A DNA stretch of 64,000 nucleotides from assembly GCF_006345805.1 (NCBI RefSeq), contig NC_043005.1, positions 59,458,001 through 59,522,000 of the forward strand, given 5' to 3'. Made by a program: the position numbers and the translations under genes. Below are positions 1-14,298 of the stretch, in pieces. The DNA is from Octopus sinensis (lineage: Eukaryota). Each line of letters begins with the position of its first letter. Within the stretch, counting starts at the first letter, position 1. The notes beneath the pieces were generated by a model, which ran no database searches, was not told the DNA's origin, and saw only the letters and a list, made by a program, of their open reading frames with translations.

Positions 1-214
1 TGCAAGTTCATTTACAAACAAACTCTCATACAACCAATACAGACTAAACTTTTTTTTAACGAAATTGCAATATTTTCACCAATTTCCTGGTCATGATTAA
101 TAGAACACAGAACTGGTTGACTATCATATAAAATTCAGGAAAAAGTATAAATTGTATGCATTTTCTGTCTTTTGTAACATTTTTTTACTACATATTTTTT
201 ACTACGTGGGGAAA

Positions 215-252
<38 letters not shown>

Positions 253-1019
253 GAATGTTCGTAGCATAGAGATTACGACATCCGGCTCATGGTCGTTAGA
301 CTGGAAGTTTGAAGGAACATATTGTATCTTAGAATAAAGAAGCTAAATGCTGACTGACATATTGGTGGAATTAGCATGACATTAAACTGAAACCAGTACT
401 AGTCCATCACACGGAAATACTTTGAAAGAAATGCTATACGCCATATAGAAAAAAATAAAAATCAAACAAACAAATGACTTGACTTACTGCGACTTTGCTT
501 CAAGATTGGTTTAGTAAGCACGTTGTTCCTGCTGTTAAAGAATACTCTGTCGGGAATAATTTATTATTTTAGACACGGTTTGATTTTTTTTTTATAATGA
601 TTCTGAACATTAGAGGATAATAGAGGAAACTAAAGCGGTATTTTTGCTTCCAAATATCACAAGTGAAACTCAGCCAATTGATTAATCAGTAATATTAATC
701 TTCAAAAGGTACTAAAAGAGGAAATCTGTTAAACGGACTGTCAAGACCACTGATAAGGATGTTGAGCCTTTAATAAATGGATTCTGGAAAGTATACACTA
801 TCTGGAATGCTATCGATTATATTGAAGTCTCTCGGGATTTGATAAAGGGATTGTGAGTATTAGGTTTCTGTGAAATTTTAAGTCCAAATTTAATACAAAA
901 TTTCAAAGGATTTGATGTGACCCTTGATGGTGACACAGCTTTTGAATCGGCTTCGTTTCAATGACACTGCAGAAGATAACAATGGATTGACTCAGGCTTT
1001 GCCTCTTTGACGTGCTATT

Positions 1020-1282
1020 GATGATGGTGGTGATCATGATCTTGATAATGAAGAAGAAGAAGGAGGAGGAGAAGTAGAATTTCTTTATTAACCATAAGGC
1101 TTTACATTAAGAAAACATTATGGACCTTAACCACTTGAGCATGTCCCTTAGTGAAGAAAAAGATGAAGAAGAAGTAGTAGTAGTAGTAGTAGTGGTAGTG
1201 GTATTATTATTATTATTATTATTATTATTAGTAGTAGTAGTAGTTGTAGTAGTAGTAGGAGGAGAAGAAGAAGAAGAAATCA
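1020..1282. repeat. Compound trinucleotide tract (GAT/GAA/GTA/TTA)
   Basis: Adjacent (GAA)n, (GTA)n and (TTA)n runs. Similar compound tracts at ~36390-36500 and ~59820-59960. Confidence 0.9.
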
Positions 1283-2617
1283 GTATTGTTAAAGTTTCAG
1301 CAGTGAATAAATTGTTTGAAGAATATTTACACCCATGGAAGAATACGACCTAAATACAGAAAGACGGTGACTGGTTCGTAGAGTTATTAATTGCGATAGT
1401 TATACAACTTGCAGCAGATTATGTTCGCAAAAAAGTGGTGTTTTTCAAACTATTGGTAATCTTTGTAAAACCAAATTAATAATTAATCTGTATTAAACTA
1501 CTGTATAATCATATTAGTTCATACTTTTATTAATTGCCAGTATTTTCATTCGTTCCTACCATTGTCCGTATATATTCTTTCGAAACAATTTCAAAGATGC
1601 TCCAAGGGGCAGAAAAATTGATAGAGGAGTGTTCTTTCTTATATTTGGAGTGTCACAATTTTTCATACAAACCAAATAATCCCAATCGAACATACATATA
1701 TGACTAAAAGTTCGTACATTTGTACATATTTGTACATAACTCTCATGGAACAATACCTCATAAGATTAATATTGAAGGTCAAGTCATAAATTCAACGTTC
1801 AACCACTTTTTCAGCAGGGAACACTGCGTCTACAAAAGAGCTAATGACTATTTAGTAAATCAACTCTTAAATCTATAAACCATGCTTGATGTTATTGTAA
1901 GTTTGCATTCTCCCTTCCTACTACTAAGCATAACGCATTTCCCTTAGGTATAATGCTTCTTTTGTATATATATATTCGCTAATTAACTGAATAAATTGTA
2001 TCTATTTTTCAAAGGTATATTATAAATCAACCGTGTCAGTGGAGTAATTTGTATGTTAATGTCTTCTGATAAAGAAGTTTTAATTTTGTCTAAGAGCATA
2101 AATACAAGAGTACACTCGTGCATAAACATGCACATGTAAGTTGTATCAAAAGGAATGCTAAACTAGGCATTAATGTTTTTATGAACTGACATAGGTTGTT
2201 CAAATTACATATATTTGTAAACACTTCATTAATATTATCGCTTCAGATTTTCAATATAGGCAAATAATAGTACGAAGTAATACCAACCTGCCATCATTGA
2301 ATTCTTAACGAAAGAACAAAGCTAGGCGACTGATATCCACAGAAGGCTACAGGTTGTTCACTGAGGTCATACCACTGACCAAGAGTTGAAAGTCGCTGAA
2401 AGAATTGGGTAGAACAGTACACAGCTGAATTTTTTTGTCAAAAGAGATTCGAGAGTTCGTTTCAAGGATGGACAAACGTATTGCATGTGACGAAAATGAT
2501 TTTGAGTAGTAACTATGCATAGAAGAGGAATTATTCTACGAATATATGCAACTGGAACAACCTATGTCAGATAATGAAAAAGTGATTATAAAAAGGAACT
2601 TCGTGTGTATGTTTGAG

Positions 2618-2708
<91 letters not shown>

Positions 2709-3088
2709 TTATACCCCTCCTAACGATTTGTTATCCATTAATATATATATATAGACCGTCCAATATTTCTCCGACCGGCTTAGATCAAGTTAGGAGTATC
2801 CCTGATGCCACCCTCAAAAAGGATGCAACCAGTGAAATCGAACATGGAACCATATGAGTAGGAAGCGAACATTCCCAAGCATACAGCTATGTCTATGTTA
2901 AATGCAATGTCTGTGAAAAGAGACATACCTGAGTCTACTTAAAGTTATTCTTCATGTAACTTTTATTTCAATAGTCGATCGATATATTGCTAAATGTTTA
3001 TGATTCAATACTTAAATGAATTCTGATATATTTCTCAAAAATTTCCTACAGTAATGCGATTAACAATTCTTTGTGTTTTCTTTTACAG

Positions 3089-3232
3089 TTCGTGTTTCTA
3101 TCTCTCCAGAAAATCGCATTTGGCAACGTTCCTCTCTTCTCAATGTCAAGACGGATTTTGTTTGCAAACAACTATAGTTCTGAACGGAACGCAACTTTAG
3201 AATGGCATCTCAGCAATGAAGTTGATGAGGAG
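3089..3232 (+). CDS. CFAP65: CFAP65/CCDC108-like internal coding exon A (48 codons, phase 0-0)
   Basis: Pyrimidine tract + ttttacAG acceptor and GAG|gtaagt donor. Open frame FVFLSLQKIAFGNVPLFSMSRRILFANNYSSERNATLEWHLSNEVDEE resembles recalled human CFAP65 ...VFLSQSHISLGNIPVQSKCSRLLFLNNISKNEEIAFSW. Missed by the ORF track (no ATG-led long ORF). Confidence 0.82.
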
Positions 3233-4384
3233 GTAAGTTTCGGATAGCTTTACCAACTAGTATTCCCAAGTTACATTGTCTTTAAGACCTTAGTCGTAGA
3301 CTCCTATACTAAATAATTTTGGTCGCATTTATGATACTTCATAGGAAAGTTAAATCTTCCCTAGTTCTTGACTTCAAATGCAATTTATATCCCCAGAGAA
3401 AATGAAAACCTAAGTCGATCTCAATAGAATTCTAAAACAAAACGGAAAGAGCTAACTACTTCTTACTTTTTGTTCGAGCTCAAACATTAACATTATTAAA
3501 AAAATGTTGTTCGATAAAATTTACTCAAGTACTTAAAAGTACTTTATATGATTTAATTGAATCCAGCAGTTTGAAAAGTTGGAATAACCTCGGCGGAATT
3601 TGAACATAAAACGTAATGTTCAGTAGCTAGATACCAGATAGCAGCTTGATGATATTCGTCACCGCTCAAAGTACTAATTGTGTTCAGCTATGCATGCAAA
3701 TACACATGGCTGTAAACGAGAGTCGCCGTCATACAAGCGCCGCTGTTCATTTTCACGTTTCCGTGGAAAACCCAGCCGGACATGGGAAATAGTACCCTGC
3801 TGGAAACAGCTGAAATTGGTGACAAAAAGAGCATCTGACTGTAGATCTGATTCAACAAATTCAGTGTGACCCATGCAAGCATTTTACTACCACTTTAACT
3901 GGTGGTGATGATGATGATAATGATGTGTGTATATTGAATGCATATATATATATATATATATATATATAAGACAAGTTATAAATAATGTTCATTTCATATT
4001 TTTCCTTTATTAGAGTAAATTTGGCTTACACCTATTTTCCACCATTCGTTATAGGTACATTACTGATAGGTTTACTCTGGATCAGTTGAGAAAAATTGAA
4101 CCACATAAAAAAATTAGGAAAAAACTGTTGGTATCCATATAAACATCAAGAAAATTTCTTGATGTGTTTATAAATACCAAGATTTTTTCCTTCAGATATA
4201 CTCGTTATGTTATTTTTGCATAATCTGAAATAGAATACCCACGTATCTATTGAGAAATCCCCAAAACGGAACTATTATAATTTCTGTTATAATATATTTT
4301 GTATATTTCTGGATAAATATATACAAATATATAATTTCAAGACACCACTGCACGATATGCAGATGCATATACATATGTTGTTGT

Positions 4385-4884
4385 GACCCCCTTCGGTCAT
4401 GAATGACCATGGGATTGCACCTAGAAAAGTTACTCTTCGAGCCACAAGGTTGCTTACAGAAGACCAGCAGTCGCCCATGCATACCAGCCTCCCCTCTCCA
4501 CGCCACCGATGTTATCCAAAGGAAAGGCAAAGGCCGATACAACTTGGCGTCTGCGACGTCGCAGATCATTTTAATAACGTGCAAGTGGCCGAGCACTTCA
4601 CAGACACGTGTACCGTTAACGTTGTTCTCGGGGAGATTCAGCGTGATACAGAGTGTGACAAGGGTGGCCCTCTGAAATACAGGTACAACAGAAACAGGAA
4701 GAAAGAGTGAGAGAAAGTTGTGGTGAAAGATTACAGCAGAGTTCACCACCAACCCTGCCGGAACCTCGTGGAGCTTTAGGTGTTTTTGCTCAATAAACAT
4801 TCACAAAGCCCGGTCTAGGAATCGAAACCGCGATCCTACGACGGTTACTCCGCTACCCTAACCACTGGGCCATTGCGCCTCCAC
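4385..4884 (-). mobile_element. Family C SINE with a different 3' tail
   Basis: Family C head and body, then GACGTCGCAG...GAGGGGAGGCTGGTATGCATGGGCGACTGCTGGTC...CATTCATGACCGAAGGGG in place of the usual tail. Confidence 0.75.
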
Positions 4885-4921
4885 ACACACATACACGCAC
4901 CATCCATCCATATATATATAT

Positions 4922-4994
<73 letters not shown>

Positions 4995-5249
4995 CACACA
5001 AAAACTCTGAGGGTTACGACGACGCAGGTTCAAGTTGTTCAGATCAACGGAACAGCCTGTTCGTTAAATTAACGTTCCAGTGGCTGAACACAGAACATAC
5101 ACGCGTACCTTTAACGTAATCCACAGGAAGATTCAGCGTGACACAGGATGTGACGTTACTGGCTCTTCGGATTACTGGTGTAACTAATTTTAAGCAGCTG
5201 AGTGAAGTAGAGCAACGGGAAATTAAGCGTCTTGCTAAATGGCGCGCAC

Positions 5250-5302
<53 letters not shown>

Positions 5303-6724
5303 CATACATATGTACATATATACACACGTATACACTTATATACACATATATGCACACATATACATATATATGCATAGATAGACACACATATATATACGTG
5401 TATTAATACGCACACATATCCAAGAAAGTATTGAGAACTGCATTGGCAGAACCATTCATCAATCACACCTGCTGGCGCACATATTTACATATATGCACAT
5501 ATATCCCACCACTACTGAAAAACACATACAAACTCATGCACACGCACACTAACGCACACGTTCTAAGACACACAAACGCATGCACATACGCACGCGTGGA
5601 CACAATCACGTATATACAAACACACACACAATCCTCCAGTTTGTCCAGAGCTATAATGAAATAATTCAATTTCTTACTTCGATACAGTTGTAACAACTGT
5701 GAAGTAGTCTAGCGGTAACGTTACAGTTTGCTAATTGGTTCTGTAAACAGTAATTGGAAACACCGTAGTTTTACGCCTATCTATATATTAGCATCTTGAA
5801 ATTACATCATTTGCTACATCAACTGCCAGCAGTTATTGTTTAGCCGAAGTAAGACCCTGCTATTAATTCTCACGCTCTTTACTCACTGCCAACAACCACT
5901 AAAGCCAATATATTTGCAGTTATCTCTTTACAGCTAGATAGTAACCTGTGTATAATGTTACTGTATTACACACACGGCTCTAGAGTAGATATTGTGTCGG
6001 CAATCAGTCAACGAATGAACGAAAGATATGATTTATTAGAGCTCTGCAACTACTTTCAAACAAAAGGTTGGGGGAAGGAACCTTGAGGACAATAGACTGG
6101 AAAAGTGGAGAGATAAAATATTAAAGGAAAAGTCGTAGAAACAATTATAAATACTAAACATGTCGCATTTGTTATTACAGGTTGTCGTCGACTTACGACT
6201 ACAATTGGTTACGACTGACTTGTCGTAAGTCGATTTAGTCGTGAGTCAATTTGGTCGTAAGTCGGCCTTTAGTCCTACATAGCTTTGTTTTATATTTTTA
6301 CATTCTTAAGGTACATTCTCAGGTAAACGTCACACACATCATTCTGTCTTATACTAATTATACTGGCGTTAGCAAAAAAATTCGGGATCTCAAGCAGTCA
6401 TCTTAAAAACAAATATGAGTTTGCCTCGATGTCTCTGCGACAAGATAGTCATTTCAACAAGGGGAAGCGTTTCTTAGCTGATATCATTAACCCATTATAT
6501 TTCAACTGGGTTATTCATTGTTGCTGCCGGAGCTGGCGCGCCAATCAACTCTCATGGTAAGCTCTGAACCAGCATAAATATGATGACAGTGTTCCAGGTA
6601 TGACCATCCCGTCTTCTTTTTTGACAATGTATCCAAAGCTAGTTGCATTCATGTCAAAATCGGAAATTGTTCCTATTTCTCTTCTCTCCAGCAGGTTAGT
6701 CAACTTCATAGCGGCTCTTTACTT

Positions 6725-7085
6725 CTTTGAGTGGTAGTAGTAGTATTAGTAGCAGCAGCTATAGAATATATAGTAGTAGTAGTAGTAGTGGCTATAATAT
6801 TTATAGCAACTGTAGTAGTAGTAGCAGATGTAGTGTGAGCTATAGTATTCATAGCAGCAGCAGTAGTAGTAGTAGTTGTAGTAGCAGTAGCATTAAAAGC
6901 TACAGTATTCATAGCAGCAGCAGTAGGAGTAGTAATATTAGTAGTAGCAGCAGCAGTGGTAGCAATATTTATAGTAACAGCAGCAGCAGCAGTAGTAGTA
7001 GTTGTAGTAACTATAGTATTCATACTAGTGATAGTAGCAGCAGCAGCAGAGCAATAGAGCAGGAGCACAGCAGCATGGTTTATAG
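6725..7085. repeat. Imperfect AGT/AGC trinucleotide minisatellite
   Basis: Runs of (AGT)n/(AGC)n punctuated by recurring CTA(T/C)AGTATTCATAG and TATTTATAG(C/T)AAC units. Confidence 0.85.
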
Positions 7086-9687
7086 CATTTACATTTTGGC
7101 GGCGAATTAGCAAAGTTGTTAAAGCATTTGATACGATGCCACGCTGTATTTGTCATACCTCTTATGCATTGAGTTTAGATGCCTTGGGAGTCGATAAAAG
7201 TCACGGTGGATAAATCAGCAAATTCCTTTTCGACATTTTTTTCGGGCGTTTTGCTTTCTGACGACACTAATTCCAGGCTGTAACAGCCTTTGACGAATCT
7301 CGTTGACGTGAAGAGGGCAGATTTGCATACATGGGCAACTGCTAGAGTTCTTCAAAACGTCATGTCAGGGTTCTGTACATGTTTTTGCAGATGTATGGTA
7401 AACACTGGCCAATATTTACGCTAATGAATAACTTAAAACAATTCACAACTTAAAGCATACAAGGTAAAATGGCTAGAGCTTAGCCAAATGTTTCAATGTG
7501 TTTATGCTGAGTGTATGAGACTCTTCATGAGAACGGCATACCAGTTCGTGGCAGAGTGAAATCCTATGTATTATTTACACTAATTTTCAGCTGAGTGCTC
7601 AGGAGTAGCGTGAAATGATATGCTTTGCTCAAGGTCAGAATGCACCATCATGCGCCAGAATTGAACCCGCTAGCTGACGATAGTGAGCGAAACACCCTAA
7701 CCACTATGTCGCAAGATTTCACCTCTAGCATAGAACAAGGAGTGGTGTGTTTAAGTTTTAAGTGATACAGAAACTCTTGTAGAAACTGAAGGCGATGAAC
7801 TCACAGCATTTATTTCTAATTTGTGAACCGTGAGTTAGCTTTCCCGTTGACCGTTTTGAAAACTTCTGCAAAAGATTGTTGCCTAGGTCAGTATATACAC
7901 GAATAATTACATGGTCAGTATTGACCGGTGGTGGTCCAGGGTAAAACGTAGTATAGATGTGAATGAAGCATCACTTGATATTTAAGTTGATATGGAAAGT
8001 TAGAACACTAGAACTGTAACAGAAAGTTTGACATGAAAATATTGTAAGAGGTATATTATAATAATAATTTCTGTCAAGTGCTGGATACTTCTGTATGCTA
8101 TTAATGATATGGTCGAGGACGATTATATCTGGAGAATTATCTTCAATCTGATATTGTGCTTATATTCTACCGAATCAACTGCTGACTGTTTCAAAATCAT
8201 GAGGTTACAGTCACTATACAGCACGAGAAATATTTCTGTATTGACTGTGTAGAATATCAGATTTTCACATCAGTTATATTTATAGTTTTTTTTTAAATAT
8301 AAAGAGAGCACATCAAGAGGAATTCTTTGAAGACATTTACATATAATAGATAGAATTTTGAACGTTATCCTCGGATCAATACTGAGCCAGTAAAGGTTTG
8401 CATAACAAGCAATCTTTGACACCTGCTATTAATATTTCTGCATCAGTAACATGCATTTACATCTTAGTAGCAATATCTTTCTACAAATGAATCTGACTGG
8501 TTCAACAATAGTTACACATTAGATAGAATCGAATCAAATCAAATAGCTTTAAGAATATATGTCTTTGGAATCAATATTCAACAGAAACAAATGGTATTTT
8601 TATTTCTTAAATTTACATTTTAAAGAAATCTAGTCTGAACTTTACTATGCATCAATAATGAAACGACGGTAAAATATTCTATCATCTTTGAATGTTTTCG
8701 TTTTGTGTCAAGATATAAATTTTATATTATTACTTCGTCAATGTTTATTGCTTGCCTCCTTTCAACTATGATATATGCTATTATATAGTTTGTGCCTGCA
8801 ACGAGTTCATTAGAGCAAACGCTCTCTATTGTGCCCTTCTTTCGTGTACATTGTTTGAAAACTTGTATGAACCAACTAGAGAAAAGATGCTTTGTCGGAT
8901 CAACTACCTCTTTGTCATAAATATGTTCGAACACAACTAAACCAAAGTTAATACCAATTCAATGGCTTTGGCTCCTTGTACAATTATTTCTCTCTATTGT
9001 AATTTAATTTCACATAGTTCAATTTCTATGAGCTTTTGTTGATATGCAAAAAAAGAATTCTTTTCTTAATGACGTAAATATGTATCTTTGTTTGAACAAT
9101 TTAATTTTGAGGTGGAAATACAAATGCGAATGGTGATTTTGAAATCACATGTTCACCGTTTCGTGTCATATCAAGAGTTGTGCTTTGTCTTCCTGAACCC
9201 ATGATAGCGGAAACTCGCTGTTGATGCGAAGTGCTGGCTTTACATAATTATGTCCGGTTAGGGTTTTACATAATTGTGTCAAAGGGATTGCATTAGACTC
9301 AAAAGATGGTCATACGCTTTTACAAAAAAGCGACGTGCTCTTACATAAAGCAGAGTGAAGACAAATGGAGGAAAAATGCCCTGTGTGATAAATGTAAAAT
9401 GTTTCAGTGTTGTGGAAACATTTAATCTGTAAATATTTTCATCCATTCTTTTATTTACTTCAGTCAGTGGACTCAGAACACGCTGGCACACCGTTTCGAA
9501 GTAAATAGACAAACCCAGAAATTGTTTTAAGACTACAGGATGATTCAAAAGTCACCATGCATAGGAAAAGTTTATTTTTTATAAGAAACAGCTAAATAAA
9601 AAAAAATGTTTCTTATAAAAAAATAAATTGTTCTTATGTATAGCGACTTTTGAATCAACATGTAATATATATATATGTATATATATA

Positions 9688-10060
9688 GGCGCTGGAGTAG
9701 CTGTGTGGTAAGTCGCTTGCTTAACAACCACATTGTTCCGGGTTCAGTCCCACTGCGTGGCACCTTGGGCAAGTGTCTTCTGCTATAGCCTCGGGCCGAC
9801 CAATGCCTTGTGAGTGGATTTGGTAGACGGAAACTGAAAAAAGCCTGTCATATATATGTATGTGTCTGTGTTTGTCCCCCTAACATTGCTTGACAACCGA
9901 TGCTGGTGTGTTTACGTCCCCGTAACTTAGCGGTTCGGCAAAAGAGACCGGTGGAATAAGTACTGGGCTTACAAAGAATAAGTCCCGGGGTCGATTTGCT
10001 CGACTAAAGGCGGTGCTCCAGCATGGTCGCAGTCAAATGACTGAAACAAGTAAAAAAAAA
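9688..10060 (+). mobile_element. tRNA-derived SINE family A, full length
   Basis: Head GGCGCTGGAGTAGCTGTGTGGTAAG...GGTTCAGTCCC (A/B-box-like), CACCTTGGGCAAG core-like motif, internal microsatellite, tail GGTGCTCCAGCATGGTCGCAGTCAAATGACTGAAACAAGTAAAA. Confidence 0.85.
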
Positions 10061-10084
10061 GAGAATATATATATATATATTACA

Positions 10085-10295
10085 TAAGAACAATTTCAAT
10101 ATGTGACCGCGTGTGTATCGTTGGCGATTTTCTTTCTCCGTGTTCCCTTCCTTGGACCTTTCCTATTTCTATGCTTCTGACTAAGAGCTCCGCTCGAATC
10201 GTTAAATCCTCCTTCTTCCTTCCTTTTCCTAAGCGTCCAATAACAGTATATGTGTTCCACGCCCTCGCGTTGTTGTGTTTTATCTTCATGTTTGG

Positions 10296-10298
<3 letters not shown>
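10085..10298 (+). mobile_element. Older family-E fragment (opposite orientation)
   Basis: CTATGCTTCTGACTAAGAGCTCCGCTCGAATCGTTAAATCCTCC...AGCGTCCAATAA. Degenerate hammerhead-like motif at 10173-10207. Confidence 0.55.
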
Positions 10299-10330
<32 letters not shown>

Positions 10331-10359
10331 TACATATATACAGAGACATGTGTGTGTAT

Positions 10360-10556
10360 GTGTTTGTCCATTCCCATTTTTTGACAACTGGTGTTTCTAT
10401 TCCTATGTTCCCCATAACTTAGCGGTTCGGCAACAGAGATTGAAAAATAAGTATCAGGCTTTAAAATAGCACTGTACTGGGGTAGATTCGTTCGACTAAA
10501 TATTTCAAAGACGTGCCCCAGCATAGCCGCGGTCTAATGAGTGAAACAAGGAAAAG
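10360..10556 (+). mobile_element. SINE family A, 3' half
   Basis: ACTTAGCGGTTCGGCAA...CCAGCATAGCCGCGGTCTAATGAGTGAAACAAG. Confidence 0.75.
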
Positions 10557-11616
10557 TTTAGCGATAAAGGATATCAAAATTATCAAGTATATAAAAGATG
10601 TCAAAATTTACAGCTATAGCAAAGCATTGCAATTTGAAAAAATTAATAAAATTAAAAGAGTAAAATAAGACAAATATTAAAATATCAACGGTGCCTGAAA
10701 ACATAGACAATCCTAAAAGAATAAAATAAGAAAGAAATTAAGAAAAACATTTTTCTAATATTAAAAGTTATTAGAAATTATAAGTAAAATTATATAAAAA
10801 TACCTGCAAAAATATCAAGTTGAACTATGTTAGGAGCACCATTTATGCGTGGGGTTGAAAAAATTCGTAATAAGGGGAATAATGACAGATCCTATATGAT
10901 ATAAAATATATAATGTTTACTATTAGAAAGAAAACAGAGCAAGGATTAAATACGCACAATGTGTTGGAGTAGGTTTCTAGTGATAGATCTTTACTAATAC
11001 TGTATAAATTCGTTACGGCTGCACTTGAGAATCAACTCCTGACATGTCTCATAGGATGCCCTAAATATATATATTATCATTTCGAGCTACGAATTTGAAT
11101 CGTTTTCAAATAACCAGCTGAGACTGGTTTTGATATTTGCCAGATGCTGTCAGTATGAAGGTGAATCTCAACAGACATTTTACTGCCCAACTGTTTGGAT
11201 AGCGTAAAGCTGTTGATAACCTTCTGAAGAAAAATAGGGGAAAATAATAAACGTCTGCCACTCACATATAGCGAGTCGGTTTACCATTGCTAATCGTTAA
11301 TATGGTGATACTAACATTTTTCATGTATTTACTGTAGATTGCACAGTTGATTGGTAAGCTACGATTGCATTTGGTTTCAATAGGCTTTATTTAATTTGGT
11401 TCAATATTTTGTAATTATTTTGTATCAAAATGCAATTCCTGTAATCCTACGGAGGATATTAATATAATCACAAATGAAGATTTTAACAGATGAAATTAAA
11501 GCTACGTTTAGACAAGATGAGGTAAAATTTCAATTTCTCAGGAGACATGATAAGGAAAATATTGTCAATTACCTGCTCCCCCATCCACGCAAAAAATCTC
11601 GTAAAGAACCACTAAT

Positions 11617-11686
<70 letters not shown>

Positions 11687-11869
11687 CACTTATATATTCG
11701 CTTAATAAAGATTGCTTTTTTTGTATTAATACTGTTTTTGTCGCTATACATACACACGTACATACATATACTTCGTTTTTGTATTTAGTTTGGAAGATTC
11801 TTAAAGGGAATCGGTATGTTGAAACAAATCTTGTATCTTGGGGTGGTGGGGTCGTTACGCTTACTATAA

Positions 11870-13135
11870 TCTCTATTTATAAAACTGAAATGCGAAAAGT
11901 TTGTTTGTTTGACTCGACCCTTGGCCCGCTTTAACGCCACTACATCCTGTCGGATTGACTCCAAAATTTACAGGGACATGTAAAATGAGGTGACGATGCC
12001 GTGGGCTACGTTAGAAATCCCTATCTTAAAAGGTGTCGTTGCTAGGGCCAAAAACCCACTTTGACAAGTCCACTCTCAGTCTTTTATGTATCTGTCTTCC
12101 TCACTCACTCTATTTCCTCCCTTGACATCACCTTCTATATATAACGTCGATTCGTCAAACGGCGTTCTACAGCGCTTTCACATACACACACACACTCTCT
12201 CTCTCTCTCTCTCACTCTCTCTACGTCTGTCTGCATTCATACAGACAATTATCATCGCCACCACCACCACACAGGTTTGGGTGGCCGCACAGCTACAGTA
12301 AGACAACGGTTAATAACATTCGATGTTGATAATGCCTGGATTGTTCCATTCAACCCTTTGCTTTCTAAAACATTTAATGCACACATTAATGTTGAGTACT
12401 GCAGTTCGGTGAGATGCATACAATACCTCTGCAAGGACATTAATAAGGGCGATGATATGGCCGTGTTTGTGTTCAGTGATGAAGACCTTAGACATGACAA
12501 AATTATACAATTCGTTTTGGGTAGGTATGTATCCTCCAATTATGCAGCGTGGCATATTTTTCGATACGAGATTCATCTAAGCTCACCATCAGTTTTTCAC
12601 CTGAATGTTCATTTACAGAAGAGACGGCTGGTTTACTTCACAGAGAAAAATGCACGTCAAGTCATTGAAAATCCAAAACGGACTACGCTTACAGCGTTTT
12701 TTAAATTGTGTTCAGTTGATGAGTTTGCTGCTACTCTCCTTTACCCTGAAGTACCAGAATATTACACATACAACAACAATAATTGGAAGCGCAGGTCACA
12801 TAGAACAGAACTTGACAATTGGCCTGGTGTTTCTAGGAAGAACGTCATTGAGCGTGTGTATAATATTCATCCTACCAAACAGGAAATCTTCTTTTTGAGA
12901 ATGCTACTTCATGTAGTTACTTGACCGAAGATTTTTGCTGACCTTCGCACGGTTGATGGTATCATCAGCGCCACTTACAGGGAAGCATGTTTGAGGCGCG
13001 GACTACTTCTCAATGACGACCACTTACACAGGACATTAGCAGAGGCCTCAAAATGAAATGAATTTATATATATGTGTGTGTATCTATATATAAATATGTA
13101 TATATAATGTATATATACAAAGTGTATATATCTGC

Positions 13136-13168
<33 letters not shown>

Positions 13169-13240
13169 ATATATAATTTGTATACATTTATATATATACC
13201 ACACTCTTACCCGCGCGTAGAGTGGGTCACCTTCAGCTAG
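11870..13240 (+). mobile_element. Internally deleted (non-autonomous) Helitron with both termini
   Basis: 5' end A|TCTCTATTTATAAAACTGAAATG...(tttg)n. 3' hairpin ACCCGC-gcgtaga-GTGGGT (13209-13227) 9 nt before CTAG (13237-13240), followed by T. Gives the canonical A|TC...CTAG|T with no TSD, and there is an internal RepHel fragment. Confidence 0.8.
12277..13053 (+). pseudogene. Helitron RepHel fragment (Rep C-terminal / inter-domain region)
   Basis: DVDNAWIVPFNPLLSKTFNAHINVEYCSSVRCIQYLCKDINKG, GRYVSSNYAAWHIF, LNVHL, TTLTAFF, LLYPEVPEYY, ERVYNIHP, FFLRMLLHVV. After an in-frame TGA it continues ...DLRTVDG...TYREACLRRGLLLNDD. These are characteristic Helitron motifs. Confidence 0.92.
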
Positions 13241-14298
13241 TATATTATAAACTCGCGCATTGATTAATTATCATTTCTTCATTGTTCGCCAATCGGTGAA
13301 ATATCTACCCAACTAGCTAATCCATCGTTTGTTTAAATTGTTGGTTAAAATATCACACCCAACAACAATATATATACTACAACAAAAGATATATATCACA
13401 CAAAATAAACCGCTTAACTGAAATTACCAGCCAGCCAGCCAGCCAGTCAGCCAAATGATCTTTGTGATGGTTCAAGTAGTACATACATACATATATACAT
13501 GCATGCTTACACATGCGCGCGCACAAACACACGGAAATACGCCCCCCTTACACACTTATGTATATATAACGGTTTTGTATATCTCAGACAACATTTCCCA
13601 ATTTGTTTTAAACCAGCTTTAAAAAATCGAGTGAAATATGATGAAGACACACAAAAAAAAAATGGAATAAAGAAAATTACTTAAATGAATTATAAGCAAA
13701 ATTGGATGAAAGATGAAAGCACATTGGTGATGAAATACCTCACTGTTAATTGTAATAAGATCTTAGAAAACTCTGTGATGACACGACTCGGTGATGGATT
13801 TAATCAAAGAATTCGGTAACAGTTGTAATGTAATAACTACACAGTAGCACTTCTGATAAGCGTGTGGTAATTTTTAATTAAACAGAGGAGTGTTTTTCTA
13901 TATACATTGTTAGTTTATGGAAACAACACACTGTGAACTGACAAGCACCGTTTTAAACCACATAAACAAGGTTGTTCCCTATGAACCAACGATACTGCTT
14001 TTTTAACCCAAGGATGATACCTCCTCTAGCTGGTCATGTAGTGCACCCCGCACTCGATATATATTGCAAGCGGGGAGAGAACTCTCAACTATTTCAGCAC
14101 CGGTTTCTACATTCTTATAATCTTCTTCGGTGATGGATACTCGTCCGATAGACAGATCAGTAGTTCCCTCTAGCTCGCAATAAATAGAAAAGTAAATGGC
14201 ACACAATCACTGATCTTGAACAAATTTTACCATGGGGATACTTGAAATATGAGGATATATTTCAAATTTATTTAATCAGTGTTAGTGGGGAATAGCTG

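Noticed and set aside
4800-4884. tRNA-like sequences here and at other SINE heads
   Set aside because: They are SINE 5' heads without a complete cloverleaf, not tRNA genes.
6706-7113. Ser-rich (+) and Thr/Ala-rich (-) ORFs
   Set aside because: Stop-free trinucleotide minisatellite; no splice signals or domain similarity.
9280-9430. Cys-containing frames resembling a piggyBac C-terminal domain (also ~24185-24300)
   Set aside because: Requires several frameshifts and has no supporting catalytic domain or TIR.
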